In this document: positions 1-10,900 of the stretch, in pieces | Layout: each line of letters opens with the position of its first letter | Numbering within the stretch: position 1 is the stretch's first letter | Source of the DNA: Naegleria gruberi | Taxonomy: Eukaryota | Assembly (NCBI GenBank): GCA_000004985.1 | Contig: GG738863.1 | Direction: 5' to 3' (one strand) | Length of the DNA: 64,000 nucleotides | Notes under the pieces: model-generated | The model's input: the letters and a program-made list of their open reading frames with translations, nothing else | What the model was told of the DNA's origin: nothing | The model's database searches: none | Program-made: the position numbers and the translations under genes

Positions 1-210
1 TTATACAACAATTCAGACTTATTACTTGATTCAGAAGAGTTGGGAGATATCCAAATCGAAATTGAAAAGGTTGACGCTTTAAAAAGAAGAATATTTGGAG
101 AGGATGTAAACAAAATTAAGGATCACATATTTTTGATTATACTGCTATCCTTACTCGGTTTTAGATACACTGAGAGCAGGCAATCTATCACTTTTTTGAA
201 ACGAAAATAA
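1..210 (+). CDS. 3' end of an upstream gene (partial; C-terminal ...DHIFLIILLSLLGFRYTESRQSITFLKRK*); function unknown
   Basis: Open frame runs from the window edge to a TAA at 208-210 in frame 1. It has a hydrophobic C-terminal segment. It is not in the ORF track because it lacks a start in the window. Confidence 0.3.
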   Translation, partial: LYNNSDLLLDSEELGDIQIEIEKVDALKRRIFGEDVNKIKDHIFLIILLSLLGFRYTESRQSITFLKRK

Positions 211-257
211 TCTCACTTTATTTATCACATTGTTATCACTCAATCGAGAATGGCTAT

Positions 258-635
258 TTAACAATATCTATAACCGCCATATCCACCATAGTATGGAACA
301 CCATAACCATATCCTCCATAATATGGAACACCATAGCCATAACCACCATAATATGGAGCTGAATAAGCACTTCCGTAATTGGTGCCATAACTAGATGGAC
401 CAGTGTAATAAGATCCATAACTTGAATATGGTGAATAGTTGACTGCACTGATTTGATTGGAATAAGCTTGAGTATTTTGAGCATATTGATTGTAACTACC
501 ACCTGTTACTCCATAGTTTTGACCAGCACCACCATAAGAACCATAATTGTTTCCATAATTATTGCTGTATTGACAGTTGGCAAATGCAAGACACAATACG
601 AGGGCAATGAGACAGCTGCACAATGTTTTAATCAT
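258..635 (-). CDS. Secreted Gly/Tyr-rich low-complexity protein (signal peptide, then YGG/NYG repeats, C-terminal Cys); paralog A
   Basis: 125-aa ORF. The N-terminus MIKTLCSCLIALVLCLAFANC is signal-peptide-like, followed by QYSNNYGNNYG...YGGYGYGVPYYGGYGGYRYC. It is a near-identical paralog of 43871..44266. The overlapping ORF 254..502 is an alternative frame and was rejected. Confidence 0.6.
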   Translation of the reverse strand: MIKTLCSCLIALVLCLAFANCQYSNNYGNNYGSYGGAGQNYGVTGGSYNQYAQNTQAYSNQISAVNYSPYSSYGSYYTGPSSYGTNYGSAYSAPYYGGYGYGVPYYGGYGYGVPYYGGYGGYRYC

Positions 636-685
636 TTTTAGATGTTTTTGTTTTGATTTGTTGATAAAGTCTCAGATAATTGTTG

Positions 686-698
686 GGTATTTAAATGA
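686..698 (-). promoter_or_regulatory. Putative TATA element (gGTATTTAAATGaatttc) about 55 bp upstream of the Gly/Tyr-rich gene start
   Basis: The same 18-nt motif GGTATTTAAATGAATTTC is conserved upstream of paralog B (about 44305-44322), while the surrounding flanks have diverged. Confidence 0.4.
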
Positions 699-1132
699 AT
701 TTCCATATTGCATACCATATTTTGAGTTGGATTTGGAAAGTTTTTATTTTAGGAAATTCAACAGTTTTGAAAATCCACTTTTCTAAACTTGACGAATAAC
801 CATTTACATCTTTGCTGATTGAAATTGAGTGTCCAGTCAATATCAATTAAGATTTTTGAATAAACTCTTTGAAATAAGTACAAACGATGCTATGGGGAAA
901 CTGTAGTTAACATTCAGACCTTAGGTATAGAAGATTACAAAAAAAATTCATGATCCTATTCATGAATGCATTTCGAATTACCTTACAATCTTTTCAACTC
1001 AGAAACTAAAAGTTCATCAAGAGGAACAATATCAATACATGCTATTTCACACAAGTTTTTGAGGTTCTTTTTTATTGTTTTTCAAGAAGGCCCAAAAACA
1101 GACTCAAGCTTTAATTTTTCAAAAAGGAAAAA

Positions 1133-3442
1133 ATGTTGCCATCATCAGATAGTAACACATCAACAGCTACTACTGCGCAAAATGGTGTGAGTAGTGATGG
1201 TGATTGTTGTTATTATTCAAATAATGTTGGATCATTTGGAGAAATGTATTACCGATTGTTAAAAAGGTTTCGGGATGAAGAAATGGATGGCAAATATGAA
1301 AAGGATCATAACATTTTGATTACAGCTGATTCTTTATTGCATGCTTTTCATTATAGTTACAAATCGATATTGGAGTCTATTGAAGTGCAAATATTATTTC
1401 CAAAATGTAAACATTTATTTACCAAGTTATTTAAAAGTATGAAGGAAACTTTGATTAAACATAAATTTTCGGACTTTGCTAATCCTTCTCCTCACTCCCT
1501 GTTGAATGGATTTGAGTTGGAACCAAGACCTATTGGTCTTATAGAGCAAGGATTATATGATTTGGATTTTTTCATAACACTTTCCACATCTCTCATTCAT
1601 GGAAAGGTTGAGGATTCATATTTTATGCAGAATAGACATAATGTACATTATTTATTTGAATTAATTCATAGAAGATGCGAACTTGGAAATGATTTCAGTT
1701 CATCATGCTGTTTATTTACAATTTTCGGAGAGAAGAGGTTTTTGGAATTTAGACTCTATCAACCAAATTGGTTTTACATTAGGGATTACATGAATAATTA
1801 CTTTAAATTATTGAGTTGGTGTAATAATACATTTATGGACATTACAAACATTCAACAATTTACACTCATTTTGTTGGTGTGGCTTTTAGTTGAAGAATCT
1901 AAAACTCTTGGTTGTGAATATTCTCAAATTGAACATTGCTACAAGAATATGATTGGAATCTCAGATTCTGCCAATTGTGATGATATCACTACTACTTTGA
2001 GAGAATATTTCAATATGACTGAATCTGGTACGGAAAAGATTGCAGAAAAGCTTTACTACACTCTTACTCTTCCTGAAAATGAAAAGGCCATAAGAGAAAT
2101 TCAGCAATTTGTAATTAAGAAGAATATTGGGCTGAATCAAATTTCTAATGCCAATTTAAAATCACCAAAAGAAGGAGTTGGTCACAAGGATGAATTTACA
2201 TTTTGCTTTTTTGGAAGAAAGTTCACTTTGGATTCATTCATATTCCATAATGTTACATTTGACAGACTTAAAGATGAAGAAAATATGAGATATCTTCCTA
2301 GAGTTATTCCAACAATTTTAGATGTTGGATACACATTTTTAGATTCTCCTGTTGCTGAGGAAATTTTAAAGAACACTGATCCATATCATGACATTGTGCT
2401 TGACAAGTTGAATGAACTCAAAACCAGTATTAATGAGTACAATTCCCATCCAAGCATTCATAATATATGGCTTGATACTTTGAAAGGGTTATCGACTATT
2501 TCACCATTGTTCCAAAAGGTGGAAAAGTATACCGCCAAAGTGTTAATAACCCAATTTTCAAGCTTTTCTCATCTCAAATATGACTCTTCACTATTTGCAA
2601 AGCAGCACATTGAAACAGATATTGAGCTTATGGTAAATAAGGAAGTATTTGATATTGATACCGAAGCATCAGAATATGTGGATATTGGATTTCTTGTTGA
2701 GGGAAGCACCACTTTCTTCACAAAATTTGTTGCATTAGTAACTTTTGTCAGAGATTTACTTCAAAATGATGTTCAATTTAGCTCAATGCCCATCAGCTCA
2801 GAATCTGTGAAATTCTATAACAATTTCATCTCAACCCTGTCAGTGCTAGCTGAAATTAATAGGAAACAAACTGAGACTGGAGAAAAGTTGACTGAACAAG
2901 AAACGTCGTTTTTATCCAACATGATATTTGCAAAGAAGGATCCAAAACAATTCAAAACACAAACATTCAAACAAGTGTTGGGTACTACCTCTCAAAACTA
3001 TTCTGTCAGTGGCTGGTATCCTAACTTGTTTTTCAAAAGAGATGATGCAGGAAGATTCAAACCAATAGTGATTGACATTCACAGATATCCAGATGTTGAT
3101 AATGGTGTAATCTTGTGGGAGGCAGTTGGTCCCATTCATCTATTTGAAATGTCTCTAAAGGATAAAAAGTTCTTTGGACCAATGTTCTCTCAATTCGAAT
3201 TCATAACACCATACACCACCAAATTGAATAATGCAACATGGAAGAGTAAGCTCCAACACCCAAATCTTGAATATAACGAGTGGATGAAAATGTTGAGTAC
3301 TGAAATTTGTTTAGGAAAGAACTTTATTGGATACAGTCATTTGGATCACTTTACATGTGCTGAGTATACTACTGGCTCTCCACCTTCTTCAGGGTCTTCA
3401 TCCTCTCCAAACTCTCCCAGCACGCCCAATGTTGGTGAATAA
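1133..3442 (+). CDS. Hypothetical protein, 769 aa, no family recognised
   Basis: Long uninterrupted ORF with an ATG at 1133 in an A-rich context (aaaaaATG). Composition looks globular with no obvious motifs. Confidence 0.5.
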   Translation: MLPSSDSNTSTATTAQNGVSSDGDCCYYSNNVGSFGEMYYRLLKRFRDEEMDGKYEKDHNILITADSLLHAFHYSYKSILESIEVQILFPKCKHLFTKLFKSMKETLIKHKFSDFANPSPHSLLNGFELEPRPIGLIEQGLYDLDFFITLSTSLIHGKVEDSYFMQNRHNVHYLFELIHRRCELGNDFSSSCCLFTIFGEKRFLEFRLYQPNWFYIRDYMNNYFKLLSWCNNTFMDITNIQQFTLILLVWLLVEESKTLGCEYSQIEHCYKNMIGISDSANCDDITTTLREYFNMTESGTEKIAEKLYYTLTLPENEKAIREIQQFVIKKNIGLNQISNANLKSPKEGVGHKDEFTFCFFGRKFTLDSFIFHNVTFDRLKDEENMRYLPRVIPTILDVGYTFLDSPVAEEILKNTDPYHDIVLDKLNELKTSINEYNSHPSIHNIWLDTLKGLSTISPLFQKVEKYTAKVLITQFSSFSHLKYDSSLFAKQHIETDIELMVNKEVFDIDTEASEYVDIGFLVEGSTTFFTKFVALVTFVRDLLQNDVQFSSMPISSESVKFYNNFISTLSVLAEINRKQTETGEKLTEQETSFLSNMIFAKKDPKQFKTQTFKQVLGTTSQNYSVSGWYPNLFFKRDDAGRFKPIVIDIHRYPDVDNGVILWEAVGPIHLFEMSLKDKKFFGPMFSQFEFITPYTTKLNNATWKSKLQHPNLEYNEWMKMLSTEICLGKNFIGYSHLDHFTCAEYTTGSPPSSGSSSSPNSPSTPNVGE

Positions 3443-3688
3443 AACATCTCTTTACTGAAAAACATAAATTCTTGTCATCTTGGCAATTTATTGGAAGCAA
3501 AATTGCACATAACGGTTTTTAAAGTTAAACAAATAGAGCGCCAAAACTTTCAGTTACACATTTTAAAATTCATCTAAATAAAAAAATAGCACCACACGAA
3601 ACACAAGGTTGTTGCTCTCCTGCTGTAAAAATATCAAAGACTTGATAGTACCCCGACCAACAAGAAGAACATCATCAACAACAGCAAA

Positions 3689-6600
3689 ATGTTAAAACAA
3701 TTATTAGGAGAAATTGATGGCATTGGAAAGTCATCGATGGATGGTTTACATTCGCTGTTCGAGTCTCAAATGAATGATCTTACCATGAGAGCACAAAATT
3801 ATAAGGAACAAATAACAAATACATCATCATACTTTTATGCTACTCCATCATTTAAAGTGGGAGTGAAAGGACAATTAAATAGTAACAAGAAACCATTCCC
3901 GTTCTCCTTCAATTCTGGCAGTGCAAAGAAGACACCACTCAAGAGTCCTCCACATCTTCATAAAACTCCAATCGGATCACCTCATTCATTTAGAAAACAA
4001 ACACCTCTTGGTACAAGGAATTTTGATCAGGAACTTAATATTCAACCACACAATGTAACAATATCACAATCACCTCTCTTCAAATTTAAATCACCAATAG
4101 CAATGACCTCTGGTGGAAATAAGAAGAAACGAAAGTCTTCTTCCGTATCCAAGAGAAATATGTTATCGCCACCACCAATGATCGATTCAAATGTTGAATT
4201 GCCAAAGGAAATTGAATTATATGCACCAATACCTCCTCTTGAATTTGATAAGGATTTGGGTATTGATAAAGATGATGAAATGGACACTGATTCAATTAAG
4301 CCAATAGAGCCAGTCTTGATGAGTAAGAAGAATTCAGTGATGAGTGTAGATATGGAACTTGGTGTTGTTACTGCCTTACCTCAACCAGAAAGCAAGCAAG
4401 AAATGATTTCATCGCCACCACCTCCACAAACAATTACACTCCTCCAACAATTCCAAGAACCACAACAATTATCATACGAGAGACCACTTCAACCAGTTGT
4501 CATTCCACCATCAACAATATTCCAACTTCCAAAGGTCAAAGAAGAACCAATAAGTGATGAAGAAGAAATTGTTGTGAAAAAGAATAGACAACCTAAAAGA
4601 AAACCTAAACTTATTGCAGTGCAACAACCAAACAATAACACTACTAATGCTAATGTCAGTGTTTCAACAGTTGCTCAAGAACCACCAAAGGAACCTGAAG
4701 TCATTGTTATTGATGATGCTAAATCTGATGTGACAGAACAGTTATCTTGTCTTTTGATTTCTGAAGCATTGAAAGAAAATGAAAAGAATGAACAAGCTCT
4801 TGAACAATCAAATATTGTTCCTGTTCATTCATTCATTGTAAAACAAGAAATTGTTGATTCACCTGAAGTGGTCAATAAGACCTTCAATAGAACTTGTTTG
4901 GATGAAATGAATATTTCTATGATTCAACCAATCGAAGAAGATAGAAAGCAAACTGAATTCTCATTCCTCTCCAAAACTAAATTATTCCAAGACGCACATG
5001 ATGAAAGTGATGATAGTATCTTGTGCTTTAGTGCATCAGATGATGATCTTTTTGAAGATGACAAGGAAGAACATGAGAACGATGTTTGTGTCAAAATCAA
5101 TTTTGCCCCTCCTCCAGTTGTTAATATTTTCGAAAGACAACAATCAGTCCAAATTCCAAATCCGTTCAGTAACTTGAAAAAGACCAATAGTGCAGAGGCA
5201 GTTAAGGTCACATCCCTTCAAGAGAAGATTAAATCCTTAAAATCAGAGCCATGCATTCCTTCCATTCACTCAATGATGCAAAAGGCAGATGCAGATAGAC
5301 CATCTCTTGAACTTTCTGAACCGCCATGCACTCCAACTAGAACTCCTTCCATCTCAGGAGCCATTGAGAAACTTGGACAATTGTCGATTCACAATAAGAT
5401 TGAAGTAATGTTCTCACCACCAGAGGTTCAACTTTCTCCTCCACCTTTCGACTCTATTCCAGATTTCTCCTCACCAAAGTATTCTTCACTTCAACACATT
5501 AAATCTGAGGTTGCCACACCAAGGCAAGTGCAATCCCAAGATGATAACAATGCCCTCACACCAAAGAATGATATGCAATTGAGTACACCTCCAACAACCT
5601 CTAATGTCAAAGAGCCACCAACAATATCGCAACATGGCAAGTACAAACCATTTACTCCTAAATTTATGGAACCAAGACCTAATCCTACTGCTTCTTCTGA
5701 AATTCCATACGAAGATCCATTTGCTACTTTGAGGAGAGACTCTATCGATATCATTGATGTTGATGAGAATGAACACAAGAGAAAGTTCACCAATAAGGTT
5801 TCAACAGAGAGTAATGATCAAAAGAGACTGAAACTCAGCGAAACGAACCGTATTTCAATTTCTTCAGTGTCTTCCTGTTCCTCAATTTCCTCATTCCACA
5901 GTAATGCCAGTATTGGAGAGTTAAGCAATCCAGGAGTAGGCAATGTTGTGTCTAACATCTTTACTGGTGTCAAGTCATTTGTTTTCAAAGTTGCACAAAA
6001 CAAGAATAAGAGCAGTGTTGGTGCCTCAAAGAAGGCAATCAGCAGTTTGAAACTTGCAGAAGCTGCCAAAAAGAAGGAAGAAGATAAGAAGAATGCCAAG
6101 AAGGAAAAGTTGGAAAAGCAATTAGCTTTACAAAAGAAAAAGAAAGAACAAGAAGATAAATTAAAGGAAGATGCCAAGAAACAAACTAAACTTGTAAAGA
6201 CAAATAGTTCCAATAATACTTCCCAAAAGTCCATCGTAGAAGGATTGGCTCTAGCATCTGGTTCACGTTCCAGTAATATTTCAACTTGTTCCAATAGTAC
6301 CAATTCTCAAACCAATAAGAAGATAATAGGTCCACAAATAGGTCCAATGAACAAACCACAACCACCTAAGAAACAAACAACCCTCACAACAAAGCCACTT
6401 ACTGCTGTTCCTGAACCTAGAGTTTCCTCATACGATTTGAGTGATGAATATGACAGCTCAGAGGACGATGAAGTTGCTAAGAGAAGAAGACAACATAAGA
6501 AGATTCCATCTTGGGCTCAAGGTGAAACCCTCAAGAAGAATATCATTCGTACAACTAAGATTGACCCAGACAGAATATTTGGATCTGTTAGAACCTGTAA

Positions 6601-6745
6601 TCTTGAAGATATTTTCAAGGGAACTACTAACCAAGTTATGATTAATAGATTTAGACAACGTACCTCATCCTCAAATTGGACTGCTGATCACTTTACTCTT
6701 GAAGAGGAAGAAGAATACAGAGAAGAAATGGGATTCACCCTTTAA
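3689..6745 (+). CDS. Inner centromere protein (INCENP)-like chromosomal passenger protein
   Basis: 1018 aa. The N-terminal two-thirds is long and Ser/Pro/Lys-rich and disordered. A charged K/E-rich helix follows (AEAAKKKEEDKKNAKKEKLEKQLALQKKKKEQEDKLKEDAKK, like a single-alpha-helix or coiled-coil region). The C-terminal IN-box is canonical: IPSWAQGE...IDPDRIFG...LEDIFK...RFRQRTSSSNW. Compare human IPAWASG...IDVDRMYG...LEELF...KRTSSAVW, which includes the Aurora-B TSS phosphosite. Confidence 0.75.
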   Translation: MLKQLLGEIDGIGKSSMDGLHSLFESQMNDLTMRAQNYKEQITNTSSYFYATPSFKVGVKGQLNSNKKPFPFSFNSGSAKKTPLKSPPHLHKTPIGSPHSFRKQTPLGTRNFDQELNIQPHNVTISQSPLFKFKSPIAMTSGGNKKKRKSSSVSKRNMLSPPPMIDSNVELPKEIELYAPIPPLEFDKDLGIDKDDEMDTDSIKPIEPVLMSKKNSVMSVDMELGVVTALPQPESKQEMISSPPPPQTITLLQQFQEPQQLSYERPLQPVVIPPSTIFQLPKVKEEPISDEEEIVVKKNRQPKRKPKLIAVQQPNNNTTNANVSVSTVAQEPPKEPEVIVIDDAKSDVTEQLSCLLISEALKENEKNEQALEQSNIVPVHSFIVKQEIVDSPEVVNKTFNRTCLDEMNISMIQPIEEDRKQTEFSFLSKTKLFQDAHDESDDSILCFSASDDDLFEDDKEEHENDVCVKINFAPPPVVNIFERQQSVQIPNPFSNLKKTNSAEAVKVTSLQEKIKSLKSEPCIPSIHSMMQKADADRPSLELSEPPCTPTRTPSISGAIEKLGQLSIHNKIEVMFSPPEVQLSPPPFDSIPDFSSPKYSSLQHIKSEVATPRQVQSQDDNNALTPKNDMQLSTPPTTSNVKEPPTISQHGKYKPFTPKFMEPRPNPTASSEIPYEDPFATLRRDSIDIIDVDENEHKRKFTNKVSTESNDQKRLKLSETNRISISSVSSCSSISSFHSNASIGELSNPGVGNVVSNIFTGVKSFVFKVAQNKNKSSVGASKKAISSLKLAEAAKKKEEDKKNAKKEKLEKQLALQKKKKEQEDKLKEDAKKQTKLVKTNSSNNTSQKSIVEGLALASGSRSSNISTCSNSTNSQTNKKIIGPQIGPMNKPQPPKKQTTLTTKPLTAVPEPRVSSYDLSDEYDSSEDDEVAKRRRQHKKIPSWAQGETLKKNIIRTTKIDPDRIFGSVRTCNLEDIFKGTTNQVMINRFRQRTSSSNWTADHFTLEEEEEYREEMGFTL

Positions 6746-6876
6746 ACTTACTAGGAGATTACAATGTAAATATTTGAGATTTTCACAAGTTAATTCTTTG
6801 TGATCACTCAATAAAATTTCAATCTTGATCAATTCCTAGAATTAGAATATTTTATTTACAATCACAATATTATACA

Positions 6877-7854
6877 TTAATTTAACATCATTTCAACATG
6901 AGAAAATTCTAAACCTTCAAAATTTTCAATAATAGTTTGAACCCCATTATCATTCATTTCTTTTAGATCAATCTCTTCACTAAGGTCTGAACTTTTTACG
7001 CCAATAATATTTCCATTTTTGAGAGCTCTGACTGCTGAAAGACAACCTTGAGTAGTTCCTTCAAATACAACAACTTCATTTGGTTCAATTTTCAATTGTT
7101 CTAAAGCAACTTGGTATATTGATGGATCTGGTTTTGGTTTTTTCAATCCATAACTTGAGAGAATTACATCGAAATAGTCCATCAACTTTAGTTTTGTCAG
7201 TAAACTCTTTGTCTCCTTGTTTGAAAGATCTGAAACAACTCCCAACATAATTTCATGATCCTCTTCTCCCTTATGTTCGTTTTTCTTCTTGATTGTTTCA
7301 AGGAATTTTTCAATACCTCTCAATGCTCCAAGAGATAGTACAAAGTCCGAATGGTTAATATGGTTGATGAATGCCATTTGTTTTTTCTTTGATATTTCAA
7401 TGTGATCATCAATGGTGGAGTATGGCAATAGGAAGAATAACACATTAGCTTCATGTTCAAACAAGAACCATTGCAAATAGTCCTGATAAGATAGCTCATA
7501 GCCATATTCCATCAAAATTTCACTCCATACTTTATAATTGAGTTCATTAATATTTCTAATCATTCCATCAATACCAAACAAAACGGCCTTAATTGGAGAC
7601 TTGATGTCCTTTAGTATGGCAATATTTTCCTCTTCCAATGTTGCTTCTGGCTCCTCTATTCTTCTCACTTGTATTTCATAGGAATCATCAGAAAGTGCTG
7701 GTGATGAAGGACTCTCTTCTTTGTGTTTCATTTTTGCCGCTTTTTTTTGTATTTTTGTAGTAGCTTCTATTCGTTCGTATTGGGAACTTTTCTGGAATAC
7801 CTCCTTGAATATCACCTGCAATGAAACGCAATGAGTAAAATTTTTAGATTTCAA
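6877..7854 (-). CDS. HAD-superfamily (beta-phosphoglucomutase-like) hydrolase homologue; nucleophile Asp apparently replaced
   Basis: Motif I reads KAVLFGIDGMI where the HAD consensus is hhhhDxDG(T/V). A motif-IV-like VVFEGTTQGCLSAVRALKNGNIIGV lies near the C-terminus. A TTGCAG acceptor just downstream of the first ATG suggests the true N-terminus may be MKHKEE... or include an upstream exon. Confidence 0.5.
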   Translation of the reverse strand: MKSKNFTHCVSLQVIFKEVFQKSSQYERIEATTKIQKKAAKMKHKEESPSSPALSDDSYEIQVRRIEEPEATLEEENIAILKDIKSPIKAVLFGIDGMIRNINELNYKVWSEILMEYGYELSYQDYLQWFLFEHEANVLFFLLPYSTIDDHIEISKKKQMAFINHINHSDFVLSLGALRGIEKFLETIKKKNEHKGEEDHEIMLGVVSDLSNKETKSLLTKLKLMDYFDVILSSYGLKKPKPDPSIYQVALEQLKIEPNEVVVFEGTTQGCLSAVRALKNGNIIGVKSSDLSEEIDLKEMNDNGVQTIIENFEGLEFSHVEMMLN

Positions 7855-7996
7855 CTCATTGATAAATGATATCTAAAGCAGAATTTGAGAATTCTTTGAG
7901 GCAACTAATTTTCTTGCTTCAAATAATCTTGCCATATCACCAAGCTTACAGCTTTACTCAAACGGAAAAGATCCAAGAATAAATAGAATTAAAAAA

Positions 7997-10900
7997 ATGG
8001 AGCCATTTATTGATGAAGAAAACTCTGACGATGAAGAAATGGTAGATGAAGAACAAGTGATGCCAATCCTACCAGAATTAAATGCTGGCCGTTTGGGTCT
8101 CGGAGATGATGAAGATGATGATGAACCTCAACTAGAAGAAGACGATGACGATGATGGAGAAGGTGAAGGAGGTGAAGCTGAAGAAGATCAATCCGAAGAA
8201 ATTTATGATGATCAAACTGATGACGATGATGGAGAAGAACAACGTATGTATTATATTAATAGCAAATAGTAATTAATATTGTTATTATATAGAAAACGTC
8301 TTTTTAAATGTGGGTCAAGCAGTTGCTATGGGAGACATGGTAGAAGTTTTTGAAGATCAAGTGGATTTGGATGATGATTATGAAGAAGATTTGAATGAAG
8401 AAAACTTGAGATCATCAATGATAAGTTTAGTTGGTGCTTTAAGAAGAGATCCAATTACTCACTCATATTTGCCACTTCAACAATCTGCACAACCAAGAAG
8501 AAGCCTCCTCAACCTTTCACCAGGAGAGTACTTTGCATTTTCTACTCCTAATCGTGAAGATTTGTATCCAAGACTTGGTGGAGCCTTGACTGGAGCTATT
8601 AGAGGTGAAGGTAGAGATGTAGTACCACAGGAATTGGAACAAATGTTGCTTGAATTGTTGGCTGATTCCGATACATCAAGAACACCATCAAGAACCACTC
8701 CAACTCCAAGCAGAGGATCAACTAGACCTTTTGATAATATTTTCGGAAATTCATTGTTTGGTAATTTATCAGGTCTTGGAGTTACTCCAATTCGTGGAGG
8801 TTCTTCTCTTTCTAATCCTACCAACAACAACAACTCACAAATGGATACTTCAGGAGATGTGACTACACCTGTTCAAACCAACAACACTACTTCTGTTGAA
8901 GCTCAAACTGAATTATTAACACCAACAACACCAATTCAATTAACACCTATTCCACCAATAGTAGAATCATCAAATGTGGCATCAAGCTCACCTTCTAGTG
9001 ATGCAGTTCCTTCTGAACCTCAAGCATCTGCTTCCACTGAAACAGTAGCAACTCCAGTAACTACTACTCCAACAACAACTGTGGAGCCTACCACACCAGT
9101 AGTTACAGAAGCAGCAACATCATCAAGTGCTACCACTGAAGTCATTGTTGAACCAGTAGAAACAGTAGAACCTGTCGCTACTCAACCACAACAACCAAGA
9201 CAACAAAACTTCCCAATTGATCCAGCATTTTTCACTGAAATGCCTGATTTTATCAGACAAGAGTTATTGGAAATGCACTATGACCAATTGATTGACACTA
9301 CATCTAGTAATGAGGAAACAGCCATCAGCCAAGATTTCTTGGATGCCCTTCCAAATGAAATCAGAAATGAAGTTTTACGTTTTGAACGTGAACAAAGACC
9401 AAGAAGACCACCTCCTGTTACTAGACCAACCACTACAGTTCCAACCACTACAACCAATACTACAACAGAGGCAGTAACAACCAATCCTACAACCCCTCCA
9501 CCTCCACCACCTCCAACAACTTCAAATACTGATACTGTAAATCCTGTCGAATTTTTGTCAACTCTTTCTCCTGAACTTCGTAGAACAGTTTTGTTGGAAG
9601 CAGATGATGACTTGATTTCAATGTTGACACCAGATCTTGCCAGAGAAGCTGCTGAGTTAAGACTTAGAGCACATCAAAGAATCAGAGCTCAACAACAATA
9701 TATTGATAGACGTCAAGAAGGTACAATGAGAGAAAATGCATTCGCTAAAGCTGTCAAAAAACAAATTATCGAAAATGAAAAGGAGGAAGAAAAAGAAACA
9801 ATTTTCAAAGAAAAGGAACTTGTCCTTCTTTTGAGACTCTATATGCTCACAAGATCTTTTTCATCCACTCAACAACCATTTTTCTCTAAAATTTGTTTGG
9901 CTCACAAGGAAACAAGAAAGATACTTGTTGACATTTTAATTGAAATTGTTTTGAATTATAACACCCCATTAGATCAAATTCCAGAAAGAATGAAGATTTT
10001 GTGTGACATCCCACAAAGGGAAGGAGTATTTGTGAAAGAGGAAAATATGATTCCACCAGTTGTAATTAATTGTACATTATATTTGCTTGCATCCTTGTGC
10101 AAGAGTGAAGTAGGTCCATACATTTTACCTATTATTACAGGTATTGAATTTACTGAAACCTCTGAAGGGGTAAGAGGCGAAAAGTTTGTCAAGCTTTTGT
10201 CTCTCCTTCAACCAAAAATGTTTTCTTCTAACTTTTTCCTTGGATTTATTCAACTAGTGGATAGTTGTGCCAAGTTTATTAGTGAGTCTGTTAAGGTTTT
10301 GAATGAGGAAAATAATAAGTTAAAGAAGTCAATGACTACTCTCGAAGAACAAATCAACAAGTTGCCTGGAAAAGCATCTGCTGAACAATCTGAAACTAAT
10401 GAAGAAGGAAGCAGTAGTACAACCGAACAATCAGAGTACACTGAAAAGACTAAACAATTGGAAGAAACTACCGAAAAGTACAAGGCCTCTCAAACTAAAT
10501 ATGAAACTCTTATTTCTTATGTAACTGGCTTGTATAACGAGGCTGTGATCAGAAATGTCATATCTTTGATTCCTGATGTAGATGTTCAAGAAAAGGCCTT
10601 AAAACTTGTTTCATCAATTTTGGATAATATTGCATGTTCACTCCCAATTAGAAAAGTAATTTTGGTTGAACTTTCAACAAAATGTAGAGAAGAAGCCAAG
10701 AAGGTCAAGGAAAGTCTCAGCAAGGTTACCCTCTTTAAGTCAAACTCTTTGTTGCCATTCGACAATGAAAAGTTGGCATTCTGTAGAATTGTCAAGATTT
10801 ACAGTTCCATTCTTAAGAGATACAAGAAAGAAAGAGAAGCTGTTGAAGGTCCATTTATTGATCACAGTTTGCTTTCTGAACACTCTTTGGATTATGTATG

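Noticed and set aside
254-502. 82-aa ORF (MVVTINMLKILK...) and its twin 43867..44115, overlapping the Gly/Tyr-rich genes in another frame
   Set aside because: They lie on the same strand but in an alternative frame of a clearly coding low-complexity repeat. The Met/Val/His-rich translation is a frame artefact of the GGN/TAY-rich repeat.
1133-3442. Tried to assign the 769-aa protein to a peptidase or DUF family
   Set aside because: No HExxH, GxSxG, P-loop or other diagnostic motif was found. It is left as hypothetical rather than guessed.
5818-6303. 161-aa minus-strand ORF, with others at 4924..5211, 5486..5793 and 4042..4295, inside the INCENP-like gene
   Set aside because: They are antisense to a long Lys/Glu- and Ser/Pro-rich CDS. 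Such low-complexity regions are open in many frames.
8310-8312. ORF-track start codons that are GTG or TTG (8310 GTG, 30981 TTG, 48521 TTG, 57081 TTG)
   Set aside because: The track appears to translate alternative bacterial-type starts as M. In this eukaryotic context these are internal exon codons, or upstream of the real ATG, not initiation sites.
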